DNA from: Candidatus Harpocratesius repetitus
GTDB taxonomy: Archaea > Asgardarchaeota > Lokiarchaeia > Sigyniarchaeales > Promethearchaeaceae
Length of the DNA stretch: 32,000 nt
Direction of reading: 5' to 3'
Assembly (NCBI GenBank): GCA_021498095.1
Contig: JAIZWK010000001.1
Location: 4,316,768 to 4,348,767, forward strand
Positions 1-7,291 of this stretch are shown in pieces (the stretch's first letter is position 1; the number at the start of each line of letters is the position of its first letter). Position numbers and translations under genes: made by a program. The notes under the pieces were generated by a model, which was not told the origin of the DNA, did not search any database, and was given only the letters and a program-made list of their open reading frames with translations.

Positions 1-989
1 ATCAACCTGCTTTTTCTCGATGCCTCCAAACCTTGTCTAAGTTAGATTTAGTTGAAGAATTTTGGAATTCTGTACTTTTGGCACATTTATTAATTCTTAA
101 ATCCTTGAAAATTGTCAAAGCGGATTTAAAATTAATTGCAGATTACACCGATACACCCTGTAAAAAAAATATGCAAGATCCATATTGTTTTGGAAAGAAA
201 GAAGGTAAAACAGTTCATCGTACGCTTAGTTTTTCCGTTATTTCAGGTGATTTTCATCAAATGATTGCCAATTTCAAAATTAAAAAGCATCAAGATAAAC
301 TCCCTTTGTTTCACAGTATCCATCAAATTCTAGTTTCTAACGGCTTTTCTATAAAATATGCCATGCTTGACAGAGGTTTTTATCGTAAACGAATACTAAA
401 GTTCTTTCAGCGGAAGCACATAACCGTGATTATGCCTGGAAGAAAATGTGCGCAGACAAAACAAAAAATTATGAACTACTTGAATGGAATTGGCAAAAGA
501 TACTGCAAAGGTGTAATTAAGGGTAAATACGTAAAAAAAAAGGGGTTTTCACCCATTAAATTCGATCTTCTGCTTGTTGCTAAACGCAGATTTAATTTAA
601 AAGAAATCATTCAAGATTTTAATCAAAAAAAGATCAGTGAACAAGTCGCCAGCAGCCGTATTTTTCCCCTAATTATTATGTTCAGCTCAAAATCTGGCAT
701 AAAAACCCTACACGGCAACGAGAATTATATTCGAGATCTCTATCGCCAAAGATGGTTAATAGAAATCGCATTTCGTGAGATGAATCGGTTTGGCATTGCA
801 CAAAAGGTGCAAGATCGCAATAGCCGGCTGAATATTATGGGAATACGGTGCTTTTTGTACAATATTTGGCAGACACAGCGATTTCTAATAAAAAGAAACG
901 ATCCTACCGCAAAAGACTTAGAATTGAATGAATTTCTTGGAATGTGCTCAAATCATCGGTATCCATTATATTTATCATCCATGAATTGA
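1..989 (+). mobile_element. DDE transposase of the IS4 superfamily, ISH3-like; 5'-truncated by the window edge
   Basis: The frame is open back to position 3 (QPAFSRCLQT precedes the called TTG). The DDE triad is visible: ADYTDTP (D at 141), MLDRGFY (D at 369) and YRQRWLIEIAFR (Y-x2-R-x3-E signature, E at 762). Terminal inverted repeats were not identified. Confidence 0.8.
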
Positions 990-1281
990 AAGGAGTAATA
1001 TTATCGCGAACAAACGAATAGATTAATCTTAAATAGAAGAAAAAGGATCAATTACATAGTGAATGATTTTTAAAAAAAAAAAAATTATTAGGATGGATTT
1101 TTAAAAGCAAGGATCAATTAGTACCTTGTGTTTTTTTGATGTTATATCCATAATTTCTGGAACAATTCCGATTATGAAGAGGATATTCTCACTTTAGATC
1201 ATTTCACATATATTTTAATACTTTAGTCTCTCACAAGCGAGGAATCCAAAAGTTTAAATCACAAATATTCTTTGTAGAAAT

Positions 1282-2618
1282 ATGGTCGGTCGTAAAATAA
1301 AGCCTTTCACACCATTATATTCTGAAATACTCATTGAATTGCCGGAAAGAAGAAACATCCTTTTAGAAAACATTCCAATCAGATGTCCTATTTGTAGATC
1401 ACTGCATGTCAGGTCAAATGGTACACAAAAGCGAGGAAAAACACGCGTAGTTTGTTACCGTTGTAATAATCGAGACTGTCCTTTTCGTATTCACTCTGCT
1501 GGAGGAAAACAATTCACAATTTATTCTTCCTTATTTGTTTGTAACATTCTTTATTCTTATTTGGAGATTATTATGTCAAATCTATTTCATGCTCATGGAA
1601 AATTAGTTGATATCGCCCGGAATCACCAGATTTCGCCCAGCTTATTGAGCTATCTTTACACAAAATTTCAGCAAGCCATAATCAAACAGGTTGGTCTCCA
1701 AAACCTCGTAAATAAAAAGCAAAAAGACCATGCTATCGCAATCGATGAAACATTTTTAAAAATAAATGGAAAAACTTATATTATAATGGCGACAGGCTAT
1801 GCGAGTCATAAAATCTTAGGATTAAAAGTATTTCAAACAAGAAAAATGGAAGATATGCTCGAAGTTTTTAACGAAGCAGAAAAAAACGCATCAAAACCGA
1901 TTACGATAATCACTGCAGATGCTTGGAATGGAACACAAGCATTAGCTAAATATCTTGATCGACCTATTACTATCATTATTCACAAACATAAAAAGCCTTA
2001 TGAAAAGATAGTTGTCAAAAGGTATGAATATGATGCTAAATTACGCTATACCACTACAATTGGGGTGAAATCGGATTTTTGCTTGAAACGAAAAACTAGA
2101 GAATACTACTTCATGGAATCATGTGAAAAACGCTATATGCCCCCAAAAAGAAGAAAGATCGCCTTAGAGGAGTCAAAAATGGGCAAGGAAAAAAGAAGCC
2201 ATTTGTTAAGAAGAATGTCAAAAGAGGCAAGAGAGGAATCTTTAAATTATTTGATAAAGGAAAGCGTGGTTATGCTAAAGTTGACCCGCACCGTAGGACG
2301 GTGCAAATCGGTAGAAATATCTCCAATGTGGTGGCAACCACGCTTGGAGAAATGGTAAAACTTTATTCAAAAAACTTCATTCAAAATAATCTTGCTGAAC
2401 ATAAAAATAGTATGCTTTCGAATTATTTGGTTCTTTCAGGCCCAAAAACAGCTGAGTCGATAGAGAAGCGATTAAGAACGTTTATCATCTGCCATAATAA
2501 TCCTTATTTGCTTCAACAATTACAGATTCGGCATCAATTCCAACAAGAGTTTCTAAATAGGCAAATCTGCAAATCTCCTTTGAGATGGCTCTTGATCGGA
2601 GGTAGATTTGAAGGTTAA
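1282..2618 (+). mobile_element. Zn-ribbon DDE transposase, IS1/IS6-like, split over two frames (1282..2358 and a -1 frame open 2127..2618); about 445 aa if joined
   Basis: N-terminal CPIC...CYRCNNRDC Zn ribbon and an HTH-like segment, then AIDETFLKING (D at 1744) and ITADAW (D at 1918). The third catalytic motif NNLAEHKN (E at 2397) occurs only in the -1 frame. C CCA AAA at 2142-2148 lies in the overlap. Confidence 0.7.
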
Positions 2619-2763
2619 AAGAAAAAATGAAGGTGTTTTAATTTTTCCTTCGTTTTGAAAATTCATCATTATTAGTTTAATCACAAAAATTATAGAGAAT
2701 TATTTAGTATTTAGCTTAATCGAAAAGTTAATTGGAAAACTCACCTTTTCTTAAGTGATATAA

Positions 2764-3861
2764 ATGGGAAAAGGAAAGTCCGTGAAAGGGTCAGCAAAAG
2801 AAAAGCATCCTTCTTATCATGAAAGGACTCAAAGAAAGGATGTAAAGAAGTTACGTAAGAAGGCATCCTCCAGAAAGTATGATTCGGCCCAAAAAACGGA
2901 AAATTCAATAAAAAAACCACAACAAGAGATAGAAAAATCACCAAAAATCCGAAAGGTAAAGGGACTTCCAAAAATTTCACCCCATCAGCAAGGAAAACAA
3001 GCTCACTCTCATTCTCGCTCGTTTGGTTATAGAGATCCCAAAATGGGTTCAGTAAGGGCTTTAATACCTGTTGAAGTAATACCACAATCCAAAAAGTCGC
3101 AAAATAAAATAAGAATTCAAAAAGCAAAAACTGGGAAAAATCAGCAAAGAGAACAAAAATCTCAAAAACTACAAAAAACTCATCAATTCCAAAAATCAAA
3201 AAAATCAAAATCTAAAAGTCAAGACATCAAATTTACAACACTAAACACCACAAATGTGCAAATTGTAAAAAAATACTTTGAAACCATTTCCCCTTCTCTC
3301 TTTGACACTATGGCTCGTAGTGGTCAATTTGTGCTTTATCAAGCTGAAGGGGAAGGATATGAGATATTCTTAGTTCCTAGCGAAATCAGTCCCCTTATCA
3401 AGCAGTTGAATAAAAATTTTCCACTGATGTATGCAGGTATTCCATTAGGATTTATGAAGCGCCAACAAACTCGAACAAGATTTGAACGACAGTTCTTTTT
3501 GTCTTTTGAAGGTGGGCGATTTTTATGGAAATATATTCAAAGCTATCTTCCAGAAATCAAAAATGAACTTCAATCGGTAATTCTGGATGAAGATGGTGAA
3601 AAAGCATTCTTTTATGGAAGAAATATTGAGATGGATGATGTTATTTCTGAAACTGAGAAATTAGTAAAAAAGAAAATTACTTTTGTATTAGATCAGAACA
3701 AAGAATATATCGGTTTAGCGCTTTTAATGGTAAAACAAGCAGGTACAGAAAAACCAGTCTTAGGAATCAAAACTCGGGATCTTTATAGTCGATCCCCTAA
3801 TTTTAAACTTAATCTTTTAAATTTAAGCGATGGGGGCAAATATTTAAGAAAGGGAAGTTGA
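2764..3861 (+). CDS. nip7: NIP7-like pre-PUA/PUA ribosome biogenesis protein with a ~155-aa Lys/Gln/Ser-rich N-terminal extension
   Basis: The C-terminal ~200 aa carry NIP7/UPF0113-like motifs (YAGIPLGF, FFLSFEG, EKAFFYGRNI, VLDQNKEYIGLAL, DGGKYLRKG). The gene lies 6 nt upstream of a NOP2-type methyltransferase. Confidence 0.75.
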   Translation: MGKGKSVKGSAKEKHPSYHERTQRKDVKKLRKKASSRKYDSAQKTENSIKKPQQEIEKSPKIRKVKGLPKISPHQQGKQAHSHSRSFGYRDPKMGSVRALIPVEVIPQSKKSQNKIRIQKAKTGKNQQREQKSQKLQKTHQFQKSKKSKSKSQDIKFTTLNTTNVQIVKKYFETISPSLFDTMARSGQFVLYQAEGEGYEIFLVPSEISPLIKQLNKNFPLMYAGIPLGFMKRQQTRTRFERQFFLSFEGGRFLWKYIQSYLPEIKNELQSVILDEDGEKAFFYGRNIEMDDVISETEKLVKKKITFVLDQNKEYIGLALLMVKQAGTEKPVLGIKTRDLYSRSPNFKLNLLNLSDGGKYLRKGS

Positions 3862-3867
3862 TTAAAA

Positions 3868-4842
3868 ATGCATGACGATACAAACAAAATATTAACATTG
3901 GCTGAAAGATTTGAATATTCTCCATTTATGATTCGTCAAATAATGAAAAACTTTCCAAATGACCATATAGCAGCATTGAAGGCTTTTGCCCAGCCTGCTC
4001 CAGAAACAATACGGGTTAATACTTTAAAAATATCTCCTGAAGAATTAAAAACAAGACTGGAAGAGAAGGGATTTAAATTAACCCCAGTAGAATGGTTGGA
4101 TTATGCTTTTCATGTAGATTCGACCCATACCCACCATACATTGGGAGCAACTCACGAATATTTGAAGGGTTTTTATTATTTACAGAGTTTAGGTTCAATG
4201 ATTCCAGTTCATCTGTTATATCCTAAACCCGGTGATCAAATATTAGATATGTGTGCAGCACCAGGGAGTAAAACGACTCAAATCGCCCAATACATGCAGA
4301 ATCAAGGTCAAATAATAGCAATCGATATTAAGAAATCACGGATAAATTCCTTAATTTCCAATATTCGGCGCATGGATGTTAGAAATGCAATTATTTTTCC
4401 TTTTGATGCCACTCAATTATATATTCAACATTTAGGTAAATTTCGACCGAATAAAATCCTTCTTGATGCACCTTGCACCGGGAGTGGTATATTAAGGCAT
4501 GATCCTTCGATAAAACGGATGAAAAATGACTCAAAAATTCATCGTTTGCGACAACAGCAAAAGAAACTACTAAAAGCTGGATTAAAGCTACTTCCTAAGG
4601 GAGGAACCTTAGTATATTCAACATGCTCATTTCATTATCAAGAAAATGAAATGGTGGTCGCTGAAGTATTAAAAGAAGTAAAAAACGTAGAAATTATTGA
4701 ACCTCAAGAAAATATCGGTTTGCCAGGATTCAGCCAAATTGATGACATGGAATTTGGATATAATTTACTAAAATCACGTAGACTTACTCCACATTTACAC
4801 AATTGTGACGCGTTTTTCTATTGCATTTTGCAGAAATCATGA
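3868..4842 (+). CDS. RsmB/NOP2/NSUN family RNA cytosine-C5 methyltransferase, Nop2-like
   Basis: IRVNTLK, LGATHEYLKGFYYLQ, LDMCAAPGSKT (SAM binding), LLDAPCTGSG and YSTCS (both catalytic Cys present). Confidence 0.93.
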   Translation: MHDDTNKILTLAERFEYSPFMIRQIMKNFPNDHIAALKAFAQPAPETIRVNTLKISPEELKTRLEEKGFKLTPVEWLDYAFHVDSTHTHHTLGATHEYLKGFYYLQSLGSMIPVHLLYPKPGDQILDMCAAPGSKTTQIAQYMQNQGQIIAIDIKKSRINSLISNIRRMDVRNAIIFPFDATQLYIQHLGKFRPNKILLDAPCTGSGILRHDPSIKRMKNDSKIHRLRQQQKKLLKAGLKLLPKGGTLVYSTCSFHYQENEMVVAEVLKEVKNVEIIEPQENIGLPGFSQIDDMEFGYNLLKSRRLTPHLHNCDAFFYCILQKS

Positions 4843-4865
4843 TGAAATAATAAAAATAATAGATT

Positions 4866-4894
4866 AAAAAAGGAAAAGCAGTGAAAAATTTTCA
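4866..4894. terminator. Putative terminator region between the convergent methyltransferase and GG-tail genes
   Basis: TGAAAA-A-TTTTCA inverted repeat at 4882-4894, plus a T6 tract on the minus strand (A6 at 4866-4871) just past the stop at 4901. Oligo-T termination is the archaeal norm. Confidence 0.4.
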
Positions 4895-4900
4895 TTGAAT

Positions 4901-5209
4901 TTATCCTCCACCTCGTAATAATTTTTTTCTAAATTGCGCCATTAATGATTGAACTGCATTTTCTTCTCCTTCAAAAACAATTTCAGTGCACGGAAGTAAA
5001 AATCCAGGAAAGCACTGAGAATTTGTCTCATTAACACATACCTTGCATGAATTCACATAAAAAAATGATTTTTTTGCAGATTTAGTTGTAGAATCTTTAT
5101 TTGGAGCACTTAAATTTTGAAAAAATGAAATGATTTCAGAACGCGAAATCCCACTGAAAATAGAGTGTCGAGAGGAAGAAGGAGCGGTAGAGGAAAAAGG
5201 GGGGAAAAT
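4901..5209 (-). CDS. Un-called ~102-aa MoaD-related C-terminal-domain protein (DUF1952-like) ending in RGGG; start codon uncertain
   Basis: Hand translation of the stop-free frame: IFPPFSSTAPSSSRHSIFSGISRSEIISFFQNLSAPNKDSTTKSAKKSFFYVNSCKVCVNETNSQCFPGFLLPCTEIVFEGEENAVQSLMAQFRKKLLRGGG*. The pattern FxGIS..(Y/F)xxNL..VxFEGxE..FxxKxxR(A/G)GG matches my recollection of the DUF1952/MoaD_arch family. There is no in-frame ATG/GTG/TTG in the first half, which explains why the track missed it. Confidence 0.72.
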   Translation of the reverse strand: MFPPFSSTAPSSSRHSIFSGISRSEIISFFQNLSAPNKDSTTKSAKKSFFYVNSCKVCVNETNSQCFPGFLLPCTEIVFEGEENAVQSLMAQFRKKLLRGGG

Positions 5210-5216
5210 TCATGAT

Positions 5217-5651
5217 TTATTCTTCAGGTTCATTTATAACATAACGGAAAGATTGCAACTCTTCAAGGGCATTAAGTTCTGTAATAAAACTTTGGATTTC
5301 TGTCATGTTATCTTCTAGAACATAGTTCCCGTAGATTGTATCATGATGAACAAATATATTTTTATTCAGAATGCTTTTATGATAATCTATTTCCAAACGA
5401 GTAATTTTCTTCTCTAATTTCGAATTTTGTTTGCTATAGGTTATCATAATACTGGCAGTCAATTCCGGTAACATGGCTTCAAAATCATGTGTAGATGAAA
5501 TTATAGCACCATCATCCAGATCCTTCTCAGCCATCAAACGTAAAAGCGCATCCCGCATAACATAAGAATTATTCTTATATTCTTTTTGATTTACCATGCG
5601 CTTTAAGAATCCCTTTAGAGAATCTGAAATATTAAAAGATATAATTGGAAT
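5217..5651 (-). CDS. NikR/CopG-type regulator (ribbon-helix-helix plus ACT-like domain), 144 aa, probable ATT start
   Basis: The frame extends 18 codons upstream of the called ATG (5597) to give (M)PIISFNISDSLKGFLKRMVNQKEYKNNSYVMRDALLRLM, a complete RHH. ATT at 5651 follows GGTGA plus a 5-nt spacer and an in-frame TAA. The C-terminal half has the NikR_C secondary-structure pattern. Confidence 0.75.
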   Translation of the reverse strand: MPIISFNISDSLKGFLKRMVNQKEYKNNSYVMRDALLRLMAEKDLDDGAIISSTHDFEAMLPELTASIMITYSKQNSKLEKKITRLEIDYHKSILNKNIFVHHDTIYGNYVLEDNMTEIQSFITELNALEELQSFRYVINEPEE

Positions 5652-5782
5652 TTAACTCACCAACACTCGAACTTATAATTTATAATAAGGAACTCTGGTT
5701 ATTAATAATTTTTTATACCAATTTTATTAATTAATCAACTAAATGTTTGAGGGTAATTCCTAAGCGAATAATTGGCGATTTT

Positions 5783-7261
5783 TTAAAGCAGAGAAGATAA
5801 TTTTTCTAAAGACACTTGTGATCTTATTCGATCTTCCAATTGGATGATAGAAATTTTATATTGAGCCGCAATCGATTCTAATACATCATATTCAATTTTA
5901 TAGTGAACAATTTTCTTTTCATCATCTAAAGCGATCTTGACGGGTATTTGATGTTCATTTTCGAAGATTTTTAATGTGACTTTAACGATTTTCCGCGGAA
6001 GGCATACACGGATTGTGTTATAAAAGCGAACACCCAAAGTTCCTGTTTGAATCAGAAGTTCTGCAATTAGATGGTCACGATTTTCTGGTGAACAAAGAAC
6101 TTGAATTTGATGTCCTGGTCGATTTTTTTTAGTAATCGTTGAAACTAAACTCACATCCAATGCACCTGCTTTTAAGAGAGAAGAATATATATTCCCTAAT
6201 AGTTCCCCCCGCACATCATCTATATTTGTTTCAATTACTGAAATTGGACGGGGCTGGGAAGATAACTTGTAAGTTCCAATAGTATATTGCCATACTTCAT
6301 TTAGTGGTTCTTGAGATACTGCAGTTTTATGCATATTTACTTGCAGTATTTGGAGAATATTGGCTTGATGAACTAATTCTATATTTCCAACTCCAATTCC
6401 GATATGTTTTACTGTGAAAAATTGAGATGGGATTTGTTGGGAGAGAAGATTAAATTTCTTTAAGCCTGCTAATAAAGCAACTCCAGTTGGAGTAGCAAGT
6501 TCTCGAGATTCTGGACCATATTTAAATATAAGTTCTGCATTAGAAAGGATTTCCAAAGTTGCAGGAGCAGGCACAGATACTATACCATGTGATATTTTTA
6601 CTTGGCCACCTCCTACTGCTATTGGATCAGCATAAATTTTAAACGAATTTAAAGAAGTAAAAGCACCTAAGAGATCTAAACCATAACCAACTCCGATTAA
6701 ATCAATAATCGTGTCTATTGCACCAATTTCATGTAAATGAATTTGATCGGGTGATAAATTGTGAATTTTAGCTTCAGCTTCCAGAATAGCCCTAAAACAA
6801 TAATGAATATAACTTTGTGCTACAGAAGACAGCCGTTCTCCTTTGCAAATTGCATCAATTTTATTTTTCATCCAAATAGGTGTAAGGAATTTAGGATGAA
6901 TTACATGTTGATGGATATAATTGTCTGTCTTTGGAGAAGTAATATCAAGATTAGATTTAGAAGGAGATTTTATTGATAATTTTATAGAATTGGAATCAAA
7001 TTGAATATGATGCTCTAAGTTTTCCGAACTGGGTTTAATTAAAAGATGAGAGCCGCTAATTCCATTGCTGATTTTACGATCTATTTTAATGCTCAAAGAT
7101 GAATATTCTTTAATATAGGATGGAATTTTATCTAAAAATCGCTGCATTTTATCATAAGAGATAATCTCAGCCAGAGCACTTAAAAATAAATCACCACTAA
7201 TACCTGCATAGCTGCATTTTATTATAAGTGCTTGTTCCATATGATCAAGTCCATGATTCAT
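5783..7261 (-). CDS. larC: Nickel-pincer cofactor nickel-insertion protein LarC, single uninterrupted ORF
   Basis: AGISGDLFLSAL, IHLHEIGAIDTIIDLIG, GGGQVKISHGIVSVPAPAT, ELATPTGVALL, ETNIDD, KKNRPG, TGTLGVR, KIEYD. The start may be the ATG at 7240. Confidence 0.92.
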   Translation of the reverse strand: MNHGLDHMEQALIIKCSYAGISGDLFLSALAEIISYDKMQRFLDKIPSYIKEYSSLSIKIDRKISNGISGSHLLIKPSSENLEHHIQFDSNSIKLSIKSPSKSNLDITSPKTDNYIHQHVIHPKFLTPIWMKNKIDAICKGERLSSVAQSYIHYCFRAILEAEAKIHNLSPDQIHLHEIGAIDTIIDLIGVGYGLDLLGAFTSLNSFKIYADPIAVGGGQVKISHGIVSVPAPATLEILSNAELIFKYGPESRELATPTGVALLAGLKKFNLLSQQIPSQFFTVKHIGIGVGNIELVHQANILQILQVNMHKTAVSQEPLNEVWQYTIGTYKLSSQPRPISVIETNIDDVRGELLGNIYSSLLKAGALDVSLVSTITKKNRPGHQIQVLCSPENRDHLIAELLIQTGTLGVRFYNTIRVCLPRKIVKVTLKIFENEHQIPVKIALDDEKKIVHYKIEYDVLESIAAQYKISIIQLEDRIRSQVSLEKLSSLL

Positions 7262-7291
7262 TAACCCACATTACTTAATTAGCTTACGGTT

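Noticed and set aside
2159-2358. C-terminal ~65 aa of ORF 1282..2358 as real protein
   Set aside because: It is probably an out-of-frame run-on; the transposase-like sequence continues in the -1 frame.
2741-3208. 155-aa hydrophobic minus-strand ORF
   Set aside because: It is the antisense shadow of the A-rich, Lys-coding NIP7 extension; the Phe/Leu richness follows directly from that.
4843-4900. Possible SECIS for UGA-5212 as selenocysteine
   Set aside because: ATGA occurs downstream of the stop, but I found no paired stem with tandem G-A core and apical AA, and the UGA context (NKS*IF) does not resemble a known selenoprotein.
5130-5318. 62-aa plus-strand ORF
   Set aside because: It overlaps the NikR-fold and GG-tail genes on the opposite strand, both of which have recognisable motifs; this one has none.
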